Below are positions 26,405 to 40,000 of a DNA stretch of 64,000 bases, one piece after another (the first letter of the stretch is position 1; every line of letters begins with the position of its first letter). The notes under the pieces are model-generated. The model searched no databases. It had not been told where the DNA came from and saw only the letters and a program-made list of their open reading frames with translations. This DNA comes from Phoronis australis (Eukaryota > Animalia > Phoronida): the NCBI GenBank assembly GCA_002633005.1, contig NMRA01000068.1, positions 633,505 through 697,504 on the forward strand. The letters are read 5' to 3'. The position numbers and the translations under genes are program-made.

Positions 26405-27192
26405 ACAACCAATTTCACAAAAGTGGGTTTAAAGTTAAACCAGGTTTAAATTGGACTTAGACCAGGTTTTATAGATAATCTGTGTTTCATACGTGGTTTA
26501 ACTTTAAGACCAGTGGTCTTGTAAAACCTGATTTAACTCCAGTTTGACCTGGTCTAGGTCAGTTTTCATTTCTCCAGATGAATGAGGTCTATGTTCCTTA
26601 GACCTGCACTATGATCTTAAGCCGGGTTGAACTTTAGACCTGGTCCCCTCTTGATATCCTAAATCTGGTACTGGATCCCTCACCGTTTTTCTATGCCATT
26701 TTTGCTCTGATGAAATTTTCTTTCTGCCCTTTGACTTTGTCACAGGCAGTCTGGACCAATATCTCTCAAAGTCTGCTACTTATGTTGACTTGCTTTGGCA
26801 TCAGTTTCTTGTTCTTTATAACATTTGCGTTTTCTCCGATCAATTTTGGGAGGCAACATTTTTACTTTCGAGAAAAGCTTTTGTACCTTGTTGGCTAGTG
26901 TCTGCACTGATTCTACTTCTGTGTGGCATTTATACCCAGACGATCAAGGTTTCATTGAAGCACTTTAATAGCTTCTTTGTTGGGTTAATCCAAATAGACA
27001 TAGTAGGGTGGCTTGGATACTTTAAACCTGGTTTTGCTAAATCCGCTCACTGGTCTAACAAAACCAGTTATTCAGACTTTTAAAACCAGGTTGGTGAAAT
27101 GCAAATTAGGTCTAAAATTAGACAAGGTTTAGGAAGATGGGGTTTAAGTCTTAAACTTGGTTCTGTTTAACCACCTTTATGAAACAGGCTTT
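26405..27192. mobile_element. Degenerate MITE with aaaccaggttt/agaccagg subrepeats (possibly Harbinger-like)
   Basis: Imperfect inverted ends and recurrent palindromic motifs; related bits near 9565-9800 and 59840-59885. Confidence 0.45.
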
Positions 27193-27334
27193 AAATGTCT
27201 TGTAAAGCAGCTATAAACCCGTTTTTAATCAGATGTACTAACTTTCAACTTAAGCCACTTATCACCCTATTGTGTGTACATCCTGGCAACTCATTTTTCC
27301 AATATTATAATCAGTGACCTTGTCCATTGTGCAG

Positions 27335-27496
27335 GCAGGTCGTGAAGGTCGGGAGAAGTCTTGCACAAGTTTCACCAGCAAAAAGAAAGCTGGTCAGAGT
27401 ATGAGCAATAAGGAGAAACAACACACCAAAACCTTCTCCATGGTCAAACACAAAGTCATGAAGTCAAAACATGGACGTTCATTCCGAGAGAAACAG
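27335..27496 (+). CDS. SDAD1: SDAD1 exon (AGREGREK...SNKEK...RSFREKQ)
   Basis: gtgcag acceptor, gttagt donor; NKEK and RSFREKQ motifs. Confidence 0.93.
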
Positions 27497-28668
27497 GTTA
27501 GTCAGATGTCAAATGCTCTACGAGACTAGAGAAATAATGACTTTTTCGAAAATGTGTTTTTTGATAGATGTATTGTGTTGAGTGCTGAGAATTTGACTTC
27601 CATGTAATGTCTCACTGAGAATTACAATGACATAACATGTAGCTCTTTCATTGGTAAGGCTGTACACCAGTATGTAAGTACAAGTATGTATCAGTAGTAA
27701 ACATATTAAGTAGTTGAAAATACCTGTGCAACTGAAATGCATCCATTTTGAAATGGAAAAAAGCCCGTTTTCGTGATGTTTAAAAATGGACTCTTTTGTG
27801 TATTTTCACACCGGTATTTACCATTTTGAGCCAGAAAGTTAGCAGAAATTTCCGCAAAGTGCTAAGTTTATGGTGTGGAAATACACTGGTGAAATTGAAA
27901 TTTCAATTTTCAAGAAGAATAAGGAAATAAACTGGATTTTCACTGTCTTCTTAAAATAGACATAATTAGTGATTACAAATTAAAGTACAATAATTGGTCC
28001 TTACTTAATGACAAAGTTTCTCTTTTTGTAGTCACGAATGGTTGCTGTAAATTAAGGGCACAACTATTTTGCCGATCTCTTACTAAAAATGTAAACATTT
28101 ACTGTACTGATTTCTGCGACAATGCAGCTCATGTTTTGGTCTTGAAATGTGAGTTTACGCAGGTGAAACTATGACACACTTAAGGGAGAGATCCAGCTAT
28201 ATATGGTATTTATTAGAAACCATGAATATTGTATCGTATCACTGATTCTTTAAGGTGTGCAGTATTGTAAAGTTTCTATAAAAAGAATTTAAGTTACGGA
28301 GTTTTCTGTAACAGGAGCATGGGCACTTATCAGGACGAATACAGTAGTTGTAAATGCTGGGTAAAATGCAGCTATTTCAAGTTGCCAAAATCTTATTCTA
28401 AATTGTCTCAAATGTATGCAAAATTGGATAACTAGGCCGAGTGACATCAGCAAAATGAAAAACCAAGTTGCCGATCGCGGCCATCTTAAAAATTGCGACC
28501 ATTTTGTTTTTTTTTTATGTGGCTAACATGTTTGTATGAAATCTACACCTTATCAGAAAAATGTGTGCCAAACTTGGTGCTTGTATCTTAAGTTTGAATG
28601 TTTTTTCACTTATCTGCTCCACAATTGGGAGGGTTGGCAAAACTACTATTCACATTTCTTTTGCCTGA

Positions 28669-30388
28669 TTTTTATGCTCCTACATATTGATATATGGATG
28701 CATTATGCCGTCATTTCCGTCCGTCCGTCCGTCCGTCCATCCGGCGTCCACTGCTCTATCTCTAAAACCCCTTGGCGTATGTTCATGAAATTTTGCATGT
28801 GTTCCTTCCGTGGATGGGACGGCATGAGTGAATTTTCGGATGGTTCCGACTACCGGTGTTCCCCCTAACGGCAATTTTAGTTTTTTACGTGTACCTCTGT
28901 ATCTTCATAAATCCTTAAAGGATTTTCATAAAATTTGGTATAAGGGCACCAATTATTGAGATGACCCTGTCCTCTTTTCGGATGGATTCGACGTAGTTTG
29001 CATCACCTAGTGGTCATTTTTACTTTTTTCAAGACTGTTTTTGGCGTCCACCGCTCTATCAAGCAAACCGCTCAAAGGATGATTGTGAAAATTGGCATGT
29101 ATGTTCTTACTATAAAGAGGACGGCTGACGATGATTTTTCCACTGACTTTGACTGCTGTGGCGCCTCCTAGTGGTAGTTTTTTTGTTGAGCCTATGGCTG
29201 TAGCTCCTAAACCGTTCGCAGGATCTTAACTAAATTTAGTAGGTGTATTTATATGATGTTAACTACGGACGAAGACGACTTTCAGACAGATCTGACTACT
29301 GGTGTGCCACCTACTGGCAATTTTATTTTTTTACGCTTACTTCTGTATCTTTAAAGGTCCTCAAGGTAGTTTCATAAAGTTTGGCATACGGGCATCTGTT
29401 AATGGGGTGACGTTATCTTACCTCTTTCAGAGGGATTCAATCTAGTTTGCGCCACCTGGTGGCCATTTTTATGCTCCCACATATTTATATGTGGACGGAT
29501 TATTACTGTTTTGGAGTCTGTTTTTTGGCATCCACCCGTCTATCGACCAAACCGCTTTCAGGATAATTGTGAAAATTTGCATGTGTGTTTTTACTATGAA
29601 GTGGACAGCTGACGATGATTTCCCGATAACTTTGACTATTGTGGCGCCTCCTAGTTGCAGTTTCGTTTTTTTCACGCTCATGGTTGTATATCCTAAACCG
29701 TTTGTACAATCTTTAGTAAGTTTAGCAAGTCTTATTTGTGTGATGTTGACAACGGACGACTACGACTTTCGGATGGATCTGACAATTTTAGTTTAACATT
29801 TACCTCTCTGTCTTCAAATGTCCTCAACAGATTTTCATGCAATTTTGAATGTAAGCATCTATAGATGAGATTACACTATCCTCCTGTTTTTTGATGGAAT
29901 AGAGGTATTTTGCGCCATCATTCTAGGGATGGTTTTGAAACTTGGTGTATACATTCTCACTGTGAAGAGGACGTTTGATGATGGCGACTTTGATTACTGT
30001 GGCGCCTCCTAGTGGTAATTTTGCTTTGTTTTGTGCCCATAGCTGTATCTCCTAAACTCACTGCAGGGTCTTTATATTAAATTTTAGTGTATTTATATGA
30101 GGCTAACAACAGACAATGACGACTTTCAGGCGGATCCAACGAATGCTGTATCCCCAAGTGGTAATTTCATTTTATTTTGTTTCCTTTGTTTCTCTGGAGT
30201 TCCTTGACAGATTTTTATGAAATATGGTGAATAGTTCTCTATGAAAGAATCGATTTGTTCTCGTTCTCTGATGGATTGTACATTTTGCGCCATCTAGTGG
30301 CCATTTTTATGATACAAATATACCCTAATAGCACACCATTTGCGATGTATTTGTGGGCGCATTTCAACGCTCTGCGTTGCTCTTGTTT
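28669..30388 (+). mobile_element. HINE-like element, full length
   Basis: Head, (GTCC)4, about 10 monomers, 3' gtgggcgcatttcaacgctctgcgttgctcttgt. Confidence 0.85.
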
Positions 30389-30915
30389 AAATTTTATCCA
30401 GTGCACTGCAGTCAGAAACTAAGTGCAAGAGATGGCATTGCTGAACGCGCAAATACTGAAGCCGTCGTGGTTCTCGAAGTTTGTGAACGTTGGAAGAAAA
30501 TAAAGTGACAATGTGTTCCAATATTATATTTTGAAATAAATCCATCACCCTAGAAAATAATTGTTACTTGTAATATAATTCACATTGCCAAACCAGTTTC
30601 TGAACCCGTCGTTTCACGCATTGTTATCGTCTATCTTTATATCTAATAATTCGAACACTTGACTTTTTCTGTAGTAGTTCGTATGGCCATTTTTGTCTCT
30701 ATTAATTGGGACATGAAGCTCTCAAGGGAAAAATAGTTCCTACAGTAATGCACGAACTACCTGTTAGAGAAAACACCTTATGTAACCTTTTCCTTCCAAA
30801 TCAAATGTACATGCTATTGTTCTGAATAAAATGTTGTGTCACAGTGTGTAACTGCATTTTTCCCACTAGTTATAGTGATGCACCCTTTTACTGTTAGTTG
30901 CCATCTTTTTTACAG

Positions 30916-30963
30916 ATTGCCCTCAAGAATGCTCTTCTAAAGAGGCAGAAATCAAAGCGCTAA
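30916..30963 (+). CDS. SDAD1: SDAD1 terminal coding exon (IALKNALLKRQKSKR*)
   Basis: tttttacag acceptor; matches SDA1 C-terminus; TAA stop. Confidence 0.9.
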   Translation: MALKNALLKRQKSKR

Positions 30964-31508
30964 ATCATCTGGGTGACGTTGATCTATTTTTATGTCTGCA
31001 TTCAAGTTGTTTCTACTTTAGTCAGATCGCATTGTGCTCTGTGAACGTCACATACATCTATGGTTTATACTCGGGTAGTTGATGCATTATCTGAAGATGG
31101 AAACTTTGGATTTTGTTCCTATTTGGCCCCAATGTGTAGCTCAGGCATCTCCAGCTAACGCTCAAATTTGGTGACTTGTCCTACATCAGCGTTCAAGGTC
31201 ACAGCAAGAAAATCAGATTTAACTTGAATTGTTGAATGTGATATCTCAAGAATGGAGCTTTTGATTTTGCCCACATTTTACTGAGGTGTTCATGGGGGCA
31301 ACTCCAGGCACCAATCAAATTTGGTGACCTAGACATCATTTCCAGGCCACAGTGAGAAAATATGGTTTGTGAAAATGTTTTTATTAGAAACTGTTTTTGT
31401 TTAATATGGTAGAAGCTTTGTTTTGTTTGTATTTTGTATAAACAAGTAGATGCGGCTTATAGTGTTGACACAGGTGGAGATGTCATCTTGATGACTATGA
31501 TGGTAATG

Positions 31509-31514
31509 AATAAA
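31509..31514 (+). promoter_or_regulatory. Candidate SDAD1 polyadenylation signal AATAAA
   Basis: First canonical AATAAA I noticed, ~545 nt after the stop codon; not verified by transcripts. Confidence 0.35.
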
Positions 31515-33834
31515 AAGTAAAGAAAATTGCACATTCTTCATTAAAATGGCAGTGATCGGAGAGGATGTTCCGATGCAAGCAGAAAATGGCGGACTGTGAT
31601 GATTTTTAGCCATGTCAACACCTTTGCGAACCAAGTTTTCTCTCAACAGCAAATATTCTGTTTCTGCAGTGTTAAATAGCCATGTGGCCAATATGTTATT
31701 GATACTGTGCAAATACAGGGCAACTATATAAGAACAAAACAGTTAACAATAGTAGAAAAATGCACACCGAAATCACAACCACAACTTTTACGATTCACAT
31801 TTCTTGAACATATCCCCAATTTAGCACCAATTTGTCTAAAATAGACCACAAACTATATCTGCATTTACACTTCCATCAGTCATGCCAGTTTGTTTATGTA
31901 AAGCGCTACCTGTTGACGATTCGACCAGCCAATCAGAAACGTCAGTGTAAAAAATTTCCTGAGTAAAATTAAATGATACCTGCGTGTCCTCTAACCCCAC
32001 GTGGACACGCAGGACACCATTGAGAGAAAGAATGTCTCTGCGAAAATGGTTCACTGCCGTCATTTTTCTCAGTAGATGGCGCTTTTGTAAACATGGTGGT
32101 TCACAATTCCTGTCTTGGGCAGTATCCTGTCAGCAGATGAACAGCCAGAATGTCTTCATTGTTTAGAACAGATACCAGGCAATCCGGCTTGTGTTTTAAT
32201 CCAAAATCTAGCAGTAACAATTCACAGACTTTCTTGATTGTCTCTATGTTGCGACTGATCATCAAACGAAGGCCTGTGATAATGTCATGAACGTCGGGTT
32301 TTCCTCAACGGATTCCCCAACATCTGATGTCAAGGGAAATAACTTTGATAATTAGCTGATATTTGAATGAGTTCAAAAATAAAATGATTAATTTGGACAA
32401 AACAATTTATTTAGAAAAGTTTATCAACAATGATCAATATCATGACATGACATTCTAGGAATTAAGCTGTGTCAAGGACAGTGACAGAAGTCTTGTCAGG
32501 TCTCACTTAATCACTCCTTCAAGACAAGTTATGGTAAAGCAAATATGCCATATGTATAAAAGTACACGTTAGTGTTGTCTCATGGGCACAAATGGGATCG
32601 CCCCGAAATTCGTCTGCTCAGCTAAATCTCATTAAAATCCTGCAAGACACAAGACACTGCAGCGTGGGATGCCATACAGAGATGATGGGCGCATAAAAAG
32701 GTTGCCCTTGTTTTCCCCACCCTGTCCTCACTCCTCTGACATAGTTACGTAAAGAATTTATTCATTATGTTTGGCTTGATAGGCGCAACTCATTTCATTG
32801 CTGAATACAACAGTGTCCAATGCAACTTACGATTATAAAGCGATATTAGTATGTCACTAGAATCATATAGACCGGAATCTTCAATGAACTGTAGGTTTTT
32901 CAAAAACATGAGGGGAGCATTGTCTGTGATGATGTAATTAGAGGTTGGATGCAGAGGGGTACATCATGATGACTGGTGTGACAGAGGGAGAGGGGAGGGA
33001 GATAAAAAGTGGCAAGTTTTGGATGACATAATAATTATGTGAACGCTCCCTTATAGAATATTATTTTGTTTCACAGAACTGGATGGTAAAGTTGTTTTCA
33101 ATACCTATTCATAGGCCAAAATCGGGTTTGGTATCCTTTTAATTTGGAACAACTGGCTAGTTTGTGTACATATCTCAAGAACAGGTAGTTACATCAGAGC
33201 TCTCAGAATGCTCGTTACCTTTATATGGCTGAAGGACTCTAAAGCAACTTGCAGGTTCCAAATGCTGAGGGCATTTATAAAATAATTTTGTAATTTACTT
33301 ATCACTAAAATGTATTGCAGTAGGCCCTGAGGTTAATTTAAAAACACCCTTCAAATAGACACTTTGCTCCTATTTAGCTGGCAATGTTGAATTCTGAACC
33401 AAAATGTTTCTGGGCTTAAAACTGGACACCACGCTCATTCGATCTTGATCTGGCGCCAAATGAACTAGTACATAGCAGCTCAGGTCACATACCATATGTG
33501 TACCTGTTGACCAACCCCATTATATGTTCAGTGTTATTGCAAACCATTTGGGCATGACCTTTGAGCATACAAGAAGATTCCGTTATCAAAGAGGCAGAAA
33601 GAAATGCTCGGTAAAGTATGTTGCCTATTGCAACAAACCCGTCTTCAAAAGAAATTAATTTTGGCTTTCACTTATTTCAGGGTATGGAAAGAGCCTGGTC
33701 ATAAACTTAGCAGTTCTGTACCAACCCAGAGAGACGCCACCGAAATGAGAACAGGCCGAGACTCATTTCGGCCGTCTAATATCTAATAAAAATATTATAT
33801 CTTGTGGCAGTTGGTGGGTTTATAGAAGCTCACT

Positions 33835-34970
33835 TTCGAAACCTATGGAAGATTAAAAACAGTTCAAAACATTATTTTCACCCCCAAAAATACAACTCAA
33901 GGCCAAAATTTATCACGTCAGCCTGAAAATTTATTTCTACAATTCATCACTTCAGGACCGAAAATTTTTCACACCAGAACTGAATTTTTTATGCTATGAG
34001 ACCACATGACCATCCACAAGTATTGAACCCTCAAAGGGATAACCTTGATACTAGGCCGGGTACACAAGGCTAAGCGTTCAACACATAAGGGCGTTCTGTC
34101 GTTCAGCAACTTTTCCTGACGTGAGGGGTCCTGACCATGCAATAACATCTGGCTCCTTTGTCAATTGCCCAGCAGTCTATTGTCCCGTATGACAACAAGC
34201 AGGTCCATTATCTCCCAGGCTTCAAAGGGTTACTCAAACCTAGCAGAATAGATTGTCTTAACTTCTTCTGTAGTTGGGCGATTTTGGTAATTCAAAAACT
34301 AAACATGATCAGCATTAAACAAGTTCAGAAATGCTGTTGGTTTATGTTCAAATATGTTATAACATGACTTTCATTTTTAGCAGCACAACCCAGTCAGGCT
34401 GATACGATCTGATCGTAGAGCAATTATCGAACAAAAGAGAGCCAGCCCTCCAACGATAAATGCCAGAGTGGAGTTAATCAGTCATGTAAGATATTGGCTA
34501 CAGGTGACATCTTCCCAACTTGTTGTTGGGCTATAAAATGGAACAAGTTGGGAGCAACGGGAAAACGCCATAATGAATTGACAACCATATTGCGAGAATG
34601 GGAGGAATTTCCGTCACTTCCGCGCATTACAAGAGATGCTGTTCGCTTGGAAACATTAGGCCGAGTGGTAGGCCTACTGAAACACAGCGCCACCTATACT
34701 GAGCACTGTGAAAGAGTGTAGCGTCAGAGTGGATTGTCACTTGGTTTCCTGGCATTAAAATTTTCCGTCTTGGCGTGATAAATTTTCGGTTCAGACGTGT
34801 TAAATTTTTGGTCCTTATGTGATAAATTACACGTAGCAATGTCATAAATTCTGGTTTTGAGTTGGTTTTTGTTGGTTCTGAAGACTTGAGTAGAAAATGT
34901 GTCCAGGAATTTTTTTCTGCAGCTATTCATATAAAACAATACTATTTCATAGGAGTAGGTTTCCGACGTC
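33835..34970. mobile_element. Old element with long imperfect inverted repeats
   Basis: 33890-34017 is the diverged reverse complement of 34728-34865; ~21-bp aaaatttatcac subunits. Confidence 0.55.
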
Positions 34971-36291
34971 AAAAGTAAACACTATATTCGTTGCCATTAC
35001 AACCAACTTTATTTTCAGAACATTATAACATAATTGAATACCTCAAGACCTTGTAACTTTTGCAAATGTTTCCCAAATCAAAATCATTTAATGCCATACA
35101 GCAAAATGAAAGTTGTTCAGTGACGAAACTTATGATGAAAATACTCCCGCGAGTCTGGTCGGACCTTGCGGCAGATGGCAGGAGGTGTGTATGCTACATG
35201 GCGACTAATGGCCTTAAATCAAAATTCAAAAAACACCATTGATCAATTTGTCGCAATTCGTTCTTATAAATGTAAACATGGCTGCGAAACTTATGTTGGA
35301 AAACGTAGGTTGGACTAGTCGACCGGTAACGAACTGCTAGCCGAACATGGCAGCCAAGGCAACCTAAATCTGTAAGTTTCAAAATCTGCAATAACAGAGG
35401 TCTTCGGTGTAACTCGGTCTTTTCCAGTCATTTCTGTGGCCCTTCGATGGTTCTGGAATCTCGTCGCGTTTATTGCTCAGTGCAGCATTTCATATGATGC
35501 GAGCAAAGCCCCTACACCTTTAACACGCTGCAATTTTAAACGCACTGGCAACTATTCGTTGATTTCCAGTGATATCACCTGGTGGGTGATGTTGAAACCA
35601 TTACCAGACGGCTAGCTCATACGATGTTCTGGGATAGCTTTCCGGTACCGGACTCCTAGACACTTAGGTTGGAAAAAGCTTGGACTCTTTCACTCAACTG
35701 CTGCTGCCAATATTGTGCGGTAACGGAACAGCTGGCAAGGGTGGTGAGGTAGGCATCTGATTGAGGGATACTTACATGAAGTCAGTAACTATAACGGATT
35801 ATAGAAAGTACATAACATTTCACTTTTATCAAAATCCGCTCATGCAACATTCAACAAAAAGTAAACCAGAAAAATTCCAAAAAAGACACTAAACAACTTG
35901 GCGTTTTTTGAAATCACGTGGCTTTCACTGGACTGCAAACAAAATACCCTCATGGGTTTACAAAAATTGTGTCACTAGAAGTTTGCTGCAAATACACATT
36001 GCTTTGGGCATTTTACAAACTTAAAACACCCTTTGCTAGTTATGCAAGACATTTCTGCAGGTTAACTAATATTTCCCAGGCCCTAATTAATTTTGGATAC
36101 AATAACAGTCACTATAGATGGTGCACTCAGAGTACTTCACCATCTTACATTTAGCGATAATGTTCAATATACTTTAGAAACAATATGGCACTGACACACC
36201 AATGCCACTTTCAGCGTACTACACAAAGAGGGGAACAAAAAATAAGCACAGACACATAACTCAAATAATGAGATTATCTTATTTTGTACTC

Positions 36292-37666
36292 AACAAGAGA
36301 AACAAAGCATTGTATGCTTCCATGGCGCACCGCAAACAGTTCGCTTAGAGTAAGAACACTGGTCAACTAAGCATTCTCACAATTATCCTTCAAATAGTTA
36401 GGTGACAGAGAATGAAACTTAAAAAAATGACTTGAAAATAACAAAAACGACCACTAGGTGGTAAAGAATACGTTAAATTCTTATTTGCCAAATTTCATGT
36501 AACTCAAGATACAGGGGCGAAAGTAAATGAGAGCAAAACAAAGCATTGAAATGGGCAGCACCACAGAAGGTACCACTATGAGATACAAATTATCGCAAAC
36601 ATCTGAAAATGATATCTCGTTATTTTCAAATTTCATGACAATTTGTCAACAAACACTGAAAATACAGAGACAAACAAACAAGTGAAACTGCCATTTAAGG
36701 CATAGTGGTAGTCAGATACGTCAGAAAGAAGTTGTCAGCTGTTGCCACGTTCATAGGAATACACTAGCCAAATTTCACAAACAAAGATCATGTAACTGTG
36801 GACGCAACTATGGTCGCAAAAAATTGCCATAACAGAGAGCCACTCTGAAGTAAATTTCATTTGTGAATCAACGTCAGCTGTGGTTTTTCCAACAGGAACA
36901 CTTCTGCGGATTTTTATGATCTTGTGAGCTGTTTGGAAGATAGAGAAGCAAACACCAGAAAACCACTCACAAAAAATAAAAATAGACACTAGATGATGCA
37001 GAATACATTGAATTCATCTCAAAATGAAATGCATGCATCATCCTCTCCTTAATAGAAATCAATTTTGGCAAATTTCATGAAAATCTGTCCAGGTACAGAG
37101 AAAAGCTTAAAAATAAATTGCCACAAGGAGGCACCGCAGTTGTCGATACCTTCAAAAAGATCTAGTAAGTGGATAACAAGATTCATCTACAGATGCAAAA
37201 GAGACAATTGCCACTACGGGATGTCACTGTCCTCAGATCCATCCAAAAATCAAGGTCAGAGGTGGTGTTCTCTGCAGTAACATGACTGTCAACTTTCATA
37301 AGGAACCTTTCAGTGGTTTGACAGATATGGGTAGACACCAAAAAAACAAATTCATGAATAATGACAATAGGCACTAGACGGTGCATAATAGATTGAATCT
37401 GAAAATGAGAAGGCGTTGTTATCTTCTTAATAGAAAGAAACATTTTACCAAAATTTCATGAAAATCCGTTGAGGAAATCCAAAGAAAAATACGCACACTT
37501 TAAATACTGAAGGTGCACAGCAGTACTCAGATCCATCCAAAAGTCATTATCATCTGTTGTCACAATCCTAGTACATATATTGCAAGGTGTATAGGACATA
37601 CAGCCATGTACGCCAGACAGAAATGATGGCAATATGCGACCACAAAATCATTAATGGGCGCACAAA
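36292..37666 (-). mobile_element. HINE-like element, old and degenerate
   Basis: aacaagag...gcaccgcaaac (3' end, reversed) at left, decayed monomers, gggcgcacaaa (head, reversed) at right. Confidence 0.65.
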
Positions 37667-37942
37667 GTATCATCACACTGACTTCCCTTTTAATTAGGAA
37701 CAGTTTACATTACAAACAACAACAGATTTCACAAATTTGTTGAGCAAATTCAATATAATCCAAGCGTAAGTCTATTTTAGGATTAGGAACCTATCACATC
37801 AAGGTAAACCTCGCAGCCTACAAGCTCGTTCAAAATCTTGTTACAACAGGTTGAATACATGCAGAACGTTGGCCAAAAACATGCCTTGAAAGCAGTTCTG
37901 TCCATAAGCATACTCTGTCTCCAACTATTCAGTTGCCACTAA

Positions 37943-38647
37943 AGGCCCAGTCACACAGCCGATCACGCATGAATCACTCATACAACACGCACAAAATTTG
38001 TGCGTGTTTTGATCGTCGAGAAATTGACCAAATTTTCCGGGTGTAGAGGTTATAAATCACTGACGAATCACCTATGGCCCACGCACATATCAATTACAAT
38101 CACTGATGAATCACTGACATATCGCGCATATCGACGCATACAAGCCAAAATGATATGGTATTCCACGAACCTTCGACGCATGCCTCACGCATGAATCACT
38201 GACGGATCACGTTCAAACACTTTTGTAAGTGACTGTCAGTGGATGTCAGTGGAATGAACGTCATATATGCGTATTTCATTCGTGATATGAAGGTGGGGCG
38301 TCAGTGGACGTACGTGGACGTGCGTGATTTCGAACCAGTTCTGACGCATAAGCACTGATGGCAAACACGTGTCCAGCGCATAATCACGCATACTCGACGC
38401 ATAAACTACGCACGTCAACTCACGAATTACGCACATCGACGCAGAGTTGTGCGTTGGAAAATTTTTGAACCGTTCAAAACTCAAAATCGCGCACAAACCC
38501 CTCTCGACGCACATCCACTTACATTCACTGATGCTCCACGTCGGTTCCACCGACCAATTACGCATACGACGCAAGCTTCACGCATAGGCGAAAATCTGTG
38601 CGTGATTCATGAGTGATTCATGCGTAATCGGCTGTATGACTGGGCCT
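37943..38647. mobile_element. PIF/Harbinger-type MITE
   Basis: ~40-bp TIR aggcccagtcacacagccgatcacgcatgaatcactcat; TAA/TTA flanks; internal palindromy; CpG-rich. Confidence 0.8.
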
Positions 38648-39964
38648 TTAGTTTTAGCCCATTGTGTCATTCTGGAGAGCTCATTGAGAACTTGCTTGGA
38701 GTAACGGAGTCATTACAACTATAAAAATTCTAAACAAATAATACATAATATGTACACAAGAACACTGATATGTTCATTAATGCCTTAAATCCACAATTTT
38801 GTGGAACACAACACCAGAAGACCACACCCAACCACGATATTACATTTATAATAAAAGCCTCCAACTAATAGTCAAGTACAGGCCCGGCTGTATGTGTTTC
38901 ACCCTTCACCATCAAATGTAGAAAGGACAGAACTTTTCCTTAATTATTAGCAAAACCTTCACTAGGTGAATTTAGGAGAGACAAGCGGGATACCCAAACT
39001 TGCACAAAGATTGGTAAGGAAGAATTTGTGGAAGGCATTATGATTAAAGATAACTATTTAACCTTTGTTGCATAGCTGTAATTCTGAGGGTTGTTTTGTC
39101 ATCGATATCAGTCACAGAGCTTTTGTTGAAATCAACTTTTTCAACAACAGTGATCAAACCAGTTAATGCAGGGAGTAGCATTAGAGTGGTCATAGAATTA
39201 CTGTAACACTAAAATTGTGACCATTTACAAAGAAATACCACGATTGCATTTATGGAAATGTGACAAAGGTCTCAGTTAGCAGTTACCATTCCACAAATCT
39301 CCACAAAAGTACTGTTCAGATATCACTCACTTACTGTTACACTGGATTTCTGATGTTTCTTAGTTTTGGTTATGCAGTAGGGTAATACACACTGAATGCG
39401 AGACAAATGGCACAATCTTGTACAATCCCATAGTCAAAATAATTAAGTTTCAATAAATAGCAAGCCAAAAAATGAAACTGTTATATTTCTTTTACGCAAA
39501 AATATTACATGGATGAGGAATTGTTTTGTTCAAAGATGTATTGGTACTTAGTTATGATGCTGATAACGATTCTGATATTGCTGGAGGTGGATGTTTTGTT
39601 TTTTTAATATTGCCTTGTCCTGAGGTAAAATCTTTACCAATCTCATGCTTAGCTGAGCAGTTAGGTTTTTGGCCTACTATTGCACAAAAAACAGAGTCTG
39701 ACTCGGGTTGGCCTTTCAAAGGGATATCTTGGCCATTACGGACAAGATGCCCCCTGTCTATATGATCCAGAAAACTGCAAATGATCTGTCCCAGAACTCG
39801 CCTAAAAATCCATCTAACTGTAGCAATACATTTGTTTTCTGCACTACGTCAAGAAACTTTTAATGGTATCCTGCCTGCCACTCCAGGTGGTACGAATACT
39901 AAATGCTGGTTTCAACCATAGTCCACAGATGACTTGAAGCCATGCCCACATGCTGTTTACTGCA

Positions 39965-40000
39965 TCATCGTTTGGTGGCCTGTCTTTGTTTAATGAATAT
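39965..40000 (-). CDS. MGAT4: MGAT4 terminal coding exon (IFIKQRQATKR*)
   Basis: tttttacag acceptor; continues WVILSE|IFIK as in MGAT4A/B; TGA stop. Confidence 0.88.
   Translation of the reverse strand: MFIKQRQATKR

Larger units (their letters stand above)
4614..30963 (+). other. SDAD1: SDA1 homolog gene span (3' 12 coding exons; 5' exons not found in window)
   Basis: Twelve GT-AG bounded exons join in frame into a protein colinear with the C-terminal ~60% of SDA1 (FNFSALHL..DPQDFAEKL; LFLFNFYPFLQRF; DYIPGAE; RSFREKQ), ending at TAA 30961-30963. Confidence 0.96.

Noticed and set aside
35100-35760. CpG-richer stretch as a promoter or first exon of a third gene
   Set aside because: No sustained ORF or recognisable RNA structure; cannot be supported without transcript data
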